Of a DNA stretch of 64,000 nt, positions 55,898 to 64,000 are shown in pieces. A program made the translations under genes and the position numbers. Below the pieces are notes generated by a model. The model searched no databases. It was not told where the DNA came from and saw only the letters and a program-made list of their open reading frames with translations. Origin of the DNA: Cohnella sp. (GTDB taxonomy: Bacteria > Bacillota > Bacilli > Paenibacillales > Paenibacillaceae); the NCBI RefSeq assembly GCF_041641335.1, contig NZ_JBEPYQ010000023.1, forward strand, positions 6,816-70,815, given 5' to 3'. The stretch's first letter is position 1. Every line of letters starts with the position of its first letter.

Positions 55898-57205
55898 ATG
55901 GCGAACAAACAAGGGTTAAAGATCGCGGTTATCGGCGGGGGCTCCTCGTATACGCCGGAGATTGTGGAAGGCTTCATCAACCATTACGCGCAGCTGCCTA
56001 TCCGGGAGCTGTGGCTGGTCGATATCGAGGAGGGCCGGCACAAGCTTGAGATCGTCGGTGAGCTAGCGAAGAGGATGGTGGTCAAATCCGGTCTGCCGAT
56101 GGAAGTTCATCTGACGCTCGACCGCCGGCAAGCGATCGAGGGGGCGGATTTCGTCTCGACGCAGATGCGAGTAGGCTTGCTCGAAGCGCGGAAGTGGGAC
56201 GAGCATATCCCGAACAAGTACGGCGTCATCGGACAGGAGACGACCGGCCCCGGAGGCATGATGAAGGCGCTCCGCACGATTCCGGTGCTGCTCGAGATTT
56301 GCAAGGACATCGAGGAGCTGGCCCCTGACGCCTGGCTGCTCAACTTCACGAATCCGGCCGGCATGGTCACCGAGGCGATCTCCCGCCACTCCAAGGTGAA
56401 GAGCATCGGGCTCTGCAACGCGCCGATCGGTCTGCACAAGTGGCTGAGCAAGAAATACGACACGACGCCGGAGCATCTGTACACCGAGTTCGTGGGCCTC
56501 AACCATCTTCACTGGGTGACGCGCATCGAAGTGAACGGCGAAGACAAGCTGGCGGAGCTGCTCGACAAGCGCGAGGAATACTCCGGCAAGAACGTGCCCG
56601 CGACGGAATGGGATCTCGACTTCCTGAGGGGCCTGGGCGGTTTCCCTTCGTACTATTTGAAATACTTTTACCTAACCGACGTCATGCTGGAGGAGCAGCT
56701 CGAATCGCTGAAGGCGAAAGGAACGCGCGCGGAGGTCGTGAAGCGGGTCGAAGACGAGCTGTTCGAGCTGTACAAGGACCCGAACCTGCAAGAGAAGCCG
56801 AAGCAGCTCGAGCAGCGCGGCGGAGCGTACTATTCGGAAGCGGCGGTTAACCTGATGGTCTCCCTGTACAACGACAGACGGGACATTCAGACGTTGAACG
56901 TGACGAACGGCAAGACGCTCGACTTCCTGCCGGAGGACGCCTCCATCGAGGTCAACTGCGTCGTGACCGGCAAAGGTCCGATCCCGCTTCCCGTCACGAA
57001 GGTGCCGGAGCAGGCCAAAGGACTGATCCACGCGGTCAAATCGTACGAGAGATTGACGATTCAGGCGGCCATCGCCGGCGACCGCGAAATCGCGCTTCAA
57101 GCGATGGCTGCTCACCCTCTCGTTCCGTCCGTCAAAGTCGCCAAAGCGCTGCTGGACGAAATGCTGGAGAAGAACAAACCGTATTTGCCGCGGTTTTTCC
57201 GGTAA
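55898..57205 (+). CDS. GH4 6-phospho-beta-glucosidase (CelF/LicH-like)
   Basis: ...LKIAVIGGGSSYTPEIVEGF...NFTNPAGMVTEA...GLCNAPIG... Confidence 0.9.
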   Translation: MANKQGLKIAVIGGGSSYTPEIVEGFINHYAQLPIRELWLVDIEEGRHKLEIVGELAKRMVVKSGLPMEVHLTLDRRQAIEGADFVSTQMRVGLLEARKWDEHIPNKYGVIGQETTGPGGMMKALRTIPVLLEICKDIEELAPDAWLLNFTNPAGMVTEAISRHSKVKSIGLCNAPIGLHKWLSKKYDTTPEHLYTEFVGLNHLHWVTRIEVNGEDKLAELLDKREEYSGKNVPATEWDLDFLRGLGGFPSYYLKYFYLTDVMLEEQLESLKAKGTRAEVVKRVEDELFELYKDPNLQEKPKQLEQRGGAYYSEAAVNLMVSLYNDRRDIQTLNVTNGKTLDFLPEDASIEVNCVVTGKGPIPLPVTKVPEQAKGLIHAVKSYERLTIQAAIAGDREIALQAMAAHPLVPSVKVAKALLDEMLEKNKPYLPRFFR

Positions 57206-57253
57206 AATGACAAAGGGGCTGTCCTATAGGATGCGTATAGTTAATGAAGCCCA

Positions 57254-57973
57254 CTAATGCCGTATCGGAGGAGGGCTTCCGGCAGCCTGACCGGAAATAT
57301 GAAGGTCGCCGAGTTCATCCACGGAGGCGTAGAAGATCTCGTTGAGACGGCGTCCTTTCATCTTCAGCTGCGACTCCAGCCATAATAGATCCTTTTTGAG
57401 GTAGGACAGCGTTTTTTCGTTCACGTTCCCTTCGATGATCAAAGGATAGGAGAGACCGCTCCGCTGCTTGACGAGTCCCAAATCCTCGAAGGTGGGCACG
57501 GACTTCAGATCCGTTTTATAGACGGTCAGTTTGCCGTTGGCCTCCAGTACGGCCAACTCGACGTCGCCGAGATGGAAGATATCTTTTTCGCGAAGCATTT
57601 GAAGGATGTTGTCGATCGAAAAACGCATCTTCTTGAGATTGTTGACGATGAAGTTGCCTTGGTGCACGACGACGGTCGGTTCGAACGTGATGAGTTTGCC
57701 GAATTTCCTGGATTTGAGCGTTAATGCGGAGACTACTCGCTGCAAGAGACCGATGAGCACGATCGACACGGCCGTATGGACATGCTCGATCTTCGGATCG
57801 GCAATATCGGCGCCTACGACGGCGCCCAAAGCGATAATGACCAGAAAATCGAATACGGGCAATTCTCCGATGGATCGCTTGCCCATGAACAATCCTAAGA
57901 TCAGCATAAGGGGGAAAATCGTAACGATTCTCCCGGTTACCAGCATGGCGTCTTTCAAGAATTCCATCCACAT
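57254..57973 (-). CDS. DUF421 (YetF/YdfS-family) membrane protein
   Basis: ...GKRSIGELPVFDFLVIIALGAVVG... and a C-terminal ...LREKDIFHLGDVELAVLEANGKLTV... Confidence 0.8.
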   Translation of the reverse strand: MWMEFLKDAMLVTGRIVTIFPLMLILGLFMGKRSIGELPVFDFLVIIALGAVVGADIADPKIEHVHTAVSIVLIGLLQRVVSALTLKSRKFGKLITFEPTVVVHQGNFIVNNLKKMRFSIDNILQMLREKDIFHLGDVELAVLEANGKLTVYKTDLKSVPTFEDLGLVKQRSGLSYPLIIEGNVNEKTLSYLKKDLLWLESQLKMKGRRLNEIFYASVDELGDLHISGQAAGSPPPIRH

Positions 57974-58015
57974 CCGCGCTCCCCGCCTTCTGTTTCGATA
58001 ATTCGTGGTCATACG

Positions 58016-58207
58016 CTACTTCTTGATGATCATGCAGTCGCCTGTCGGAAACCGAACGATGTCGGCGGAGAACGCCTTGGCTACCGCGGTGGCGAGCTCC
58101 AGCAGCTCCGCCTCGTCTTGAGCCAGCAAGGAGAGCGGCTGACCTCCCAAATAGCGCTTCGCATCCGTCGTGACGAAAGCCAGTATGCCCTGAAGCGTCT
58201 TGTTCAT
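58016..58207 (-). CDS. Small partner protein of YIEGIA (capping-complex-subunit-like, from memory of NCBI naming)
   Basis: 63-aa ORF whose start overlaps the YIEGIA-family gene stop by 4 nt. Confidence 0.5.
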   Translation of the reverse strand: MNKTLQGILAFVTTDAKRYLGGQPLSLLAQDEAELLELATAVAKAFSADIVRFPTGDCMIIKK

Positions 58208-59115
58208 TTTCCTCCTCCCCCCAACAGGTTCGCTTTCATCAGGCGGTGCGGCTTTTTCACGGTTTCGAGCAAAGGCGTGTTCAGCAAGGTCTCTTTTAAC
58301 AGCTCGAAGTTATGTACAATGGGGACCAGTGCGATAATAACGCGGCCATCCATCAAATTCTGATAGCAGTAGCGTTTTTTCCCTAATGCCCTTGTCGCTT
58401 CGAACAGCATCGCCTGGCGCTGGCCGAAGTGTTCCAGCACGATTCGGTCATGCGGCTCGTTGGGGTGAACGACGGCTGCAAGTCCTTCCTCGGAGAAGAA
58501 CCGCCGGGCTTCCTCTTCTCCTGCCGCATTGGTAACGAGAAGTCCGTCCACGTAAAGCTCGGACCCTTTGATTTCAAGAGTTCCTTGCGTAACGGTTGCG
58601 ATGTGCTTCACATGCTTGCCTTTCGTGGACCGCTTCAGGAACAGGAACAGGGCCATGCCCGCCAGCGCTCCGAAGGCAACCTCAACCCAATACGGCTGAT
58701 GGATCAGGTGCATCGTCACGCTTGTCGCCAAGGAGACGAGCAACGCGAAATAATTGCGGGCTTCGAACGTTTTGGCAATTCCGTCGATATAAGAGTCGCC
58801 GCGGATCGTGTACTCGGTTCCTTCGAGATCCCGGAGGCTTTCCCGTTCCGTCTTCCGCACTTCCCGGAACTGTTGGATGGCCAACGACAGGAACGTCACG
58901 GCCACGAAGTTTTTGCTGATCAGCGTCGGAACGATAAAGGCGCCCAGAGCGGCGGCAAGAGCCCCCGTTACAAAATGAATCAAATATCCGTTCGGATGGC
59001 TTGGGTATTGTCTGTAGTCCTGTTTGATCGTCAAGGCTCTTGCCAGCGTTCCTACTATCGTCGCCGTAACGATCATCACGAGATATGGCATAGGAATGAT
59101 CTCATCCATCTTCAT
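58204..59115 (-). CDS. YIEGIA-family membrane protein
   Basis: ...RGDSYIDGIAKTFEARNYF... is the family-defining YI(E/D)GIA motif. Start MKMDEII has GGGAAGGGAAGG upstream. Confidence 0.75.
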   Translation of the reverse strand: MKMDEIIPMPYLVMIVTATIVGTLARALTIKQDYRQYPSHPNGYLIHFVTGALAAALGAFIVPTLISKNFVAVTFLSLAIQQFREVRKTERESLRDLEGTEYTIRGDSYIDGIAKTFEARNYFALLVSLATSVTMHLIHQPYWVEVAFGALAGMALFLFLKRSTKGKHVKHIATVTQGTLEIKGSELYVDGLLVTNAAGEEEARRFFSEEGLAAVVHPNEPHDRIVLEHFGQRQAMLFEATRALGKKRYCYQNLMDGRVIIALVPIVHNFELLKETLLNTPLLETVKKPHRLMKANLLGGGGK

Positions 59116-59122
59116 CTGTCCG

Positions 59123-59746
59123 TCACCTTCCCTTCCCGCCAAGCAATGCGTCATAATCGTCCCGGGTGTCGATATCCAGAAAACAAGCCGCGTCATGCCA
59201 GCCGATCGCCAAGCCTCTTTCCCGGCCTTCGCCTTGGATAAGGTTCCGCGCGCCCGCATCGCCTTCCAGCCGTAGCAGCTTCGCGAACATACCGGAACCG
59301 AACAAGACCGGAGGCCGAACGATCCCTTCGTATTCCGCCGCGATATAGGCTTTGTTCGCCTGGACTCCGTCGCGGTACTGCGCGATCAGGGCATCGATCA
59401 TGTCCGAAGAGACGAACGGCTGATCCGCCAGAAGCACGAGAACGGCTGTCGCGTTTCGGCAATGGGCGGCTCGCAAACCGCACTTTAACGATTCGGCCAT
59501 CCCGAGAGGGGAGGACTCGCACGGAACCTGAATCCATCTGCGGCGATAGGGATCGGCGGTCATCCGCGAAGGGATCCAATCCATCGGGTCGTCCGCGCGC
59601 GTGACGACGGCGATGCCGTCCAACGAGGAGGCGACCGCCGCATCTAGCGCCATGCTGCCCAGAGGATTACCCTCTACCGGCAGGCACAGCTTTGGCTGTC
59701 CCATTCTGCGGCTCTGCCCGGCCGCCAAGTAGATCCCCCAGATCAT
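59123..59746 (-). CDS. MobA/MocA-like nucleotidyltransferase (molybdenum cofactor cytidylyltransferase-like)
   Basis: MIWGIYLAAGQSRRMGQPKLCLP... and ...LLADQPFV... Confidence 0.75.
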   Translation of the reverse strand: MIWGIYLAAGQSRRMGQPKLCLPVEGNPLGSMALDAAVASSLDGIAVVTRADDPMDWIPSRMTADPYRRRWIQVPCESSPLGMAESLKCGLRAAHCRNATAVLVLLADQPFVSSDMIDALIAQYRDGVQANKAYIAAEYEGIVRPPVLFGSGMFAKLLRLEGDAGARNLIQGEGRERGLAIGWHDAACFLDIDTRDDYDALLGGKGR

Positions 59747-60752
59747 CCTCGACTCTCCTTAGCCGCGCGGCTTTAATTAGATCCGCCACCAGGCTTATCG
59801 CGATCTCCTCCGGCCCTTCCGCTCCGATCGGCAGGCCTGCGGGACAATGAAGGCCGTTCGGAATCGGGTCTCCGGCCAGACGGCGGGCGCGATCCTTCGA
59901 GCCCAATATTCCGAAATACCGGAGCGGCTTGGAACGCAAAGCCTCGAAGATTTGCCGATCCTTCTGAAAATGATGCGTCATGGAGATGACCGAGTCCCGC
60001 TCCGAGAATCGGTAGGCCGCCGCGACCCGATCCGGAGAGTCGACGATCAGTTCGTCCGCCTCGGGAAAATGGTCGCGGCTGCACAGCGCCGGACGCCAGT
60101 CGCTTACGGCGACGCGGAAGCCGGCTCCGGCGGCAATGCGGACAAGCGGCTTGGCGTCCGGTCCCGCGCCGAAAACAAGGAGACGCGGCTGGGGCTCGAA
60201 GCGCTGGACGAACAGGTTTTCCCCGGGAGCTCCTATCCATACGGCCTTCCGGTTGGAAGCCAATAGCTGTACCGGGTTCTTCGGAACCGGTCCCCTCCAG
60301 CTGCCGAACCAGCGCTTGTCCCCGGCCAAAAACAAGTAGTCGGCGACGCCTCCTTGCTCGGACAGCCTTTTGACATGAAGCACGTCCGTACCTTCTTCCA
60401 GCTCTCGTTTCAGACGACGAAGATGGGCGGTCATCTTGCCGTTTAACGGCTCCATAAGGACATGTACGGAGCCGTTGCAGCCGATTCCTTGCCCCCACGA
60501 CAAATCGTCCTCCGAACGGAGATCGTAGGCGACGGTCTGCGAGACGCCTTCATCCCATACGCCCGGAGCCCGTTCCGCCAGATCGTCCTCCAGGCATCCT
60601 CCGCTTAAGATTCCGTATCGCTTGCGGTTCTCCGTCAGCAGCATCATCGCCCCTTCTTTCCGGTAAGCCGATCCGTCGACCCGAACGATGGTCGCCAGCA
60701 GCTTCCGGCCAGTATGGGACAGCGCATCCAAGATGTCGACCCAATCGCCCAT
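59667..60752 (-). CDS. XdhC/CoxI-family molybdoenzyme maturation factor
   Basis: ...ATIVRVDGSAYRKEGAMMLL...ILSGGCLEDDL... and the NAD-binding-like ...LLVFGAGPDAKPL... Confidence 0.8.
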   Translation of the reverse strand: MGDWVDILDALSHTGRKLLATIVRVDGSAYRKEGAMMLLTENRKRYGILSGGCLEDDLAERAPGVWDEGVSQTVAYDLRSEDDLSWGQGIGCNGSVHVLMEPLNGKMTAHLRRLKRELEEGTDVLHVKRLSEQGGVADYLFLAGDKRWFGSWRGPVPKNPVQLLASNRKAVWIGAPGENLFVQRFEPQPRLLVFGAGPDAKPLVRIAAGAGFRVAVSDWRPALCSRDHFPEADELIVDSPDRVAAAYRFSERDSVISMTHHFQKDRQIFEALRSKPLRYFGILGSKDRARRLAGDPIPNGLHCPAGLPIGAEGPEEIAISLVADLIKAARLRRVEDDLGDLLGGRAEPQNGTAKAVPAGRG

Positions 60753-60901
60753 CTGCGCCACACCTCGCTTGTTCACATTCTTGTACAATATGTCCCAAAA
60801 AATGTTCGAATAATCCGGCGCAGCCTCGGAGTAAGTCGGGGCAGAGCGGGGTACACTATCCGTGTAGCATGTGTTAAATAAAGGAATTCGAGGTTTGGAA
60901 A

Positions 60902-63232
60902 ATGACATTCGACAACAGCATGTATAGAAAAGAATCGCTCGAGAAGGTGACCGGTGCGGCAAAGTATGCGGACGATTACGGTCATCATCCGGGCATGCTG
61001 CAAGGAAAACTGGTGATCAGTCGTTACGCTCACGCGAGAATCGTGTCGATCGATACGGCCGAGGCGATGAAAGTGGCCGGAGTACGGGCCGTCGTGACAG
61101 GACAAGCGGATTTCCCGCTAACCGGCGAGGAAATTCACGACCGTCCGCCGATCGCTTACGGGAAGGTTCGTTATTACGGTGAGCCGGTTGCGGTCGTCGT
61201 CGCCGATACTTTCCAGGCGGCCAAACAGGGAGCCGAACGGGTTGTCGTTCATTACGATCCGCTTCCGGTCGTCCGGTCCCCGTCCGAAGCCATTGCGCCT
61301 AACGCCCCGCTCGTACATGAGGATTTGGCTCGCTACGAGAAGATCCAGCACGTCTTTCCGGAACCGAACACCAATATCGCTGACCGGACAAAGATTCGCA
61401 AGGGCGATATAGCGAACGGCTGGAGGCATAGCGAGGTGACGGTCGAAGCCCGTTACTCGTTCGGACCCTCCGATCATGCGGCCATGGAAACGAGGTGCGC
61501 AACCGCGGAAATCCGCCCGGACGGACAGATTCTGATTGATTCTTCCACCCAAGCGCCTTATATGATCCGGAAGCTGATGGGCGAATATTTCAAGCTTGAC
61601 CCCGGGAAGATTACCGTGACCGCGCCGTTGGTCGGCGGAGCCTATGGCGGCAAGGTTCCGACCCAGTTGGAGATCGTCGCTTACCTGGCCTCCAAGGCGG
61701 TGGGAGGAAGACCCGTTAAAGTATTTAACGAGCGGGAGGAAGACATCATCGCTTCTCCCGTGCACATCGGGCTCGAGGCCAAGGTAAAGCTGGGCAGCAC
61801 CAAGGACGGCAAGCTGCAAGCCGCGGAAATGACGTATTTATTCGATTCGGGAGCCTATTCGGACAAGGGGGCCACGATAAGCCGGGCAGGCGCCGTATCG
61901 TGTACAGGGCCTTACCGAATCGATAACGTATGGTGCGACTCCCTCTGCGTCTATACCAACCGTCCATACGCGACCGCCTATCGGGGATTCAGCCATTCCG
62001 AAGTGTTGTTTGCGTTCGAGCGGACGATGGACCTGCTTGCCGAGAAGCTGGGGATGGATCCCCTCGCGCTCAGGGAGAATAACGCCGTCTGTCCCGGCGA
62101 TACGACGCCTACGCAAGTCGCGTTGAATTCAAGCAGCATCGGGAATTTGCCCGAGTGCATCGCGAAGCTGAAAGCCCTGATGAACTGGGACGAAGGAAGG
62201 GTGCATAGCCTTCAGAACGGACGGAAGGTGCGGGCCAAAGGGATCGGCTGCATCTGGAAAACGTCGACGATCGATACGAACGCCAGCTCTGGCGTTATTT
62301 TGACTTATAATCCGGACGGGAGTCTGAACCTGCTGTCCGGCCTGGTCGAGATCGGAACGGGGACGAAAACCGTGCTGGCCCGAATGGCCGCGGAAAGGCT
62401 GAAGATGGATGCCGGCCGGATCCACGTCCGGATGGAGGTCGATACCCGGACGATGCCGGAGCACTGGAAGACGGTCGCCAGCCGCGGGACCTACATGGCG
62501 GGCAGGGCGGTACTGCAGGCAACGGACGATCTGATCCGGCAGTTGAAGGATATCGGTTCGCGCGTATTGGTTTGCGCGCCCGACGAGTTGGAGGTCGGTT
62601 ACGAGAAGGTGTATATTCGGGACGAGCCTTCGCTTTACTGCAACATATCCGATATCGCTTTCGGCTTTCAGCATACGAACGGGAACGCGATCGGAGGCCA
62701 GCTGATCGGCAAAGGAACTTTCACGTTCCGGCATTTGACGCATCTCGACCGCGAGACCGGGGCCGGAAAGCCGGGGCCGGAATGGTCGGTGGGAGCTCAA
62801 GGGGTCGAGATCGAGCTCGATACGAGGGACTTTTCATACAAGGTTCTTAAAGCTTACTCCGTGATCGACGTCGGGAAGGTGTTGAATCCGAAAGCCGCTC
62901 TGGGACAAGTCATGGGAGCGATGAGCATGGGGCTCGGATTTGCCGGAAGGGAAACGTTCGTCTTCGACAGCAAGGGGAAAATTCTGAATCCGCAGCTGCG
63001 CAACTACATTCCGCCTCGCTATGGCGAGCATCCGGAATATGCGGTCGAATTCGTGGAAACGCCGCATATCGATGCGCCGTACGGCGCGCGCGGCATCGGG
63101 GAGCACGGCCTGATCGGGATGCCCGCGGCGCTGGGCAACGCTTTGTCGCTCGCTGCCGGCGTGCAGTTGAACAAGCTGCCCCTCGTGCCGGAGCGGATTT
63201 GGAGAACCAAAATGGAAGGGGCCGCGCCATGA
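60902..63232 (+). CDS. Xanthine dehydrogenase/aldehyde oxidase-family molybdopterin-binding subunit
   Basis: 776 aa. ...KVTGAAKYADDY..., ...VRYYGEPVAVVVADT..., ...GGAYGGK..., ...GIGEHGLIGMPAALGNAL... Confidence 0.9.
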   Translation: MTFDNSMYRKESLEKVTGAAKYADDYGHHPGMLQGKLVISRYAHARIVSIDTAEAMKVAGVRAVVTGQADFPLTGEEIHDRPPIAYGKVRYYGEPVAVVVADTFQAAKQGAERVVVHYDPLPVVRSPSEAIAPNAPLVHEDLARYEKIQHVFPEPNTNIADRTKIRKGDIANGWRHSEVTVEARYSFGPSDHAAMETRCATAEIRPDGQILIDSSTQAPYMIRKLMGEYFKLDPGKITVTAPLVGGAYGGKVPTQLEIVAYLASKAVGGRPVKVFNEREEDIIASPVHIGLEAKVKLGSTKDGKLQAAEMTYLFDSGAYSDKGATISRAGAVSCTGPYRIDNVWCDSLCVYTNRPYATAYRGFSHSEVLFAFERTMDLLAEKLGMDPLALRENNAVCPGDTTPTQVALNSSSIGNLPECIAKLKALMNWDEGRVHSLQNGRKVRAKGIGCIWKTSTIDTNASSGVILTYNPDGSLNLLSGLVEIGTGTKTVLARMAAERLKMDAGRIHVRMEVDTRTMPEHWKTVASRGTYMAGRAVLQATDDLIRQLKDIGSRVLVCAPDELEVGYEKVYIRDEPSLYCNISDIAFGFQHTNGNAIGGQLIGKGTFTFRHLTHLDRETGAGKPGPEWSVGAQGVEIELDTRDFSYKVLKAYSVIDVGKVLNPKAALGQVMGAMSMGLGFAGRETFVFDSKGKILNPQLRNYIPPRYGEHPEYAVEFVETPHIDAPYGARGIGEHGLIGMPAALGNALSLAAGVQLNKLPLVPERIWRTKMEGAAP

Positions 63233-64000
63233 TTCCTTTCGACTTCGACTACTTCAAGCCATCGGCGGCGGAGGAAGCGGTCCGGCTGTACCAGACGCTG
63301 CGGGAGCAGGGGAAACGGCCTGTCTACTTCGCCGGCGGAACCGAAATCATTACGCTGGGAAGATTGAACCGGATCGACACCGAAGCCGTCATCGACATCA
63401 AAGGCATCGAGGAGTGCCAGACGCTGCGGCTCGACTCCGATGATCTGGTCATGGGGTCCGCGGTTACGCTTTCCCGGCTGCAGGAGTCCGGATTTTTCCC
63501 GCTGCTAAGCCAGACCGTCAGCGAAATCGCCGATCATACGGCGCGCAACAAAATTACGCTTGGGGGCAATCTGTGCGGACGCATCTATTATCGGGAAACG
63601 GCGCTTCCGCTCTTGCTGTCCGATACGGAGATGGTCGTCGCGGGACCCTCCGGGCGAAGGCGCGTTCCGCTGAACTCGGCTTTCGACGGATGCCCGAGAT
63701 TGGCAGACGGGGAATTCGTGCTTCAGCTGATTACGCCGTCAGTCTTTCTCGGACTTCCCTATTATACAGTCAAAATACGGAGACAATGGGAGGTCGGGTA
63801 TCCGTTGATCACGGTAGCGGCGCTTAAACGAGCCGGGCAAATTCGCGCGGCCTTCAGCGGAGTCTGCCTCTTTCCGTTTCGCAGCGAGCGGATCGAGGAA
63901 ATTCTGAACGATGGCGGGATAGAAAAGGGGGCGAGAGTCGCGGAAGCGGTGCGGCATCTGCCGGGACCAGTATCCGAGGATGTGGAAGGCTCTCCCGATT
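63229..64000 (+). CDS. FAD-binding (CoxM/XdhB-like) subunit, 3'-partial at the window edge
   Basis: Absent from the ORF track because it has no stop within the window. MIPFDFDYFKPSAAEEAVRLY...VYFAGGTEIITLGRL... ATGA overlap with the upstream subunit. Confidence 0.8.
   Translation, partial: MIPFDFDYFKPSAAEEAVRLYQTLREQGKRPVYFAGGTEIITLGRLNRIDTEAVIDIKGIEECQTLRLDSDDLVMGSAVTLSRLQESGFFPLLSQTVSEIADHTARNKITLGGNLCGRIYYRETALPLLLSDTEMVVAGPSGRRRVPLNSAFDGCPRLADGEFVLQLITPSVFLGLPYYTVKIRRQWEVGYPLITVAALKRAGQIRAAFSGVCLFPFRSERIEEILNDGGIEKGARVAEAVRHLPGPVSEDVEGSPD

Noticed and set aside
55363-55980. Minus-strand ORFs translating as MTRGDSPALTVYQTVIPLARGD... (also MGTIRETI.DSLEHRPPF at 14094-14297 and 29338-29532)
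   Set aside because: They are translations of the tandem arrays. The 51/52-nt periods are not multiples of 3, so the frame rotates from unit to unit, and there is no SD or conserved start.
57209-57250. GGGGCTGTCCTATAGGATGCGTATAG resembling the left terminal repeat (GGGCTGTCTCATAAGT) of the palindromic element
   Set aside because: The match covers only about 8-9 contiguous bases, and no partner arm or internal modules follow. It is probably just the hairpin region between the convergent GH4 and DUF421 genes.

Overview
GC-rich chromosomal window from a spore-forming Firmicute. The gene content looks Paenibacillaceae-like: a GerA-type germinant receptor operon, an alpha/beta SASP, YIEGIA and YetF-type spore-associated genes, and many LplABC-type sugar ABC transporters. 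I call about 62 CDS, one of them partial at the 3' edge, and found no rRNA, tRNA or CRISPR array. Layout: 0.3-7.2 kb holds GntR/HPP, a secreted beta-propeller, DUF1835, a Gly-rich peptidoglycan-binding protein, an MBL hydrolase and an ATL protein. 7.3-20.8 kb is a co-directional minus-strand string: PepT, an M17 aminopeptidase, PepV, an asparaginase-II-family enzyme, a GH29 fucosidase, an ABC sugar importer and a membrane AraC regulator. 21-24.9 kb is the gerA-like operon. 25.5-27.3 kb is an AT-rich islet with a truncated transposase. 27.6-35.5 kb is an oxidative/electrophile-stress neighbourhood: Dps, Rrf2+DoxX, a MarR + nitroreductase + ring-cleaving dioxygenase + carboxylesterase + flavin reductase operon resembling the B. 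subtilis Mhq genes, an MFS transporter, and SRPBCC+ArsR. 35.5-46 kb holds an ABC-F ATPase with a structured leader, a SASP, LtaS, DoxX/HxlR, FkbM, tandem Uma2 nucleases and HtpX. 46-57 kb holds AraM/AraL-like genes with DeoR, then LacI + ABC importer + BadF-type kinase + GH4 phospho-glycosidase. 57-64 kb holds YetF-like and YIEGIA genes, then XdhC/MocA divergent from a xanthine-dehydrogenase-family operon. The least explained signals are non-coding: (i) a cassette built around a 52-bp tandem array, present twice; (ii) a nested-palindrome MITE-like element present three times with modular deletions; (iii) a 9-unit 51/52-bp tandem array between two genes of a sugar operon. I recognise none of these as a known family. 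All calls come from manual reading of the ORF track and sequence, with no database search.
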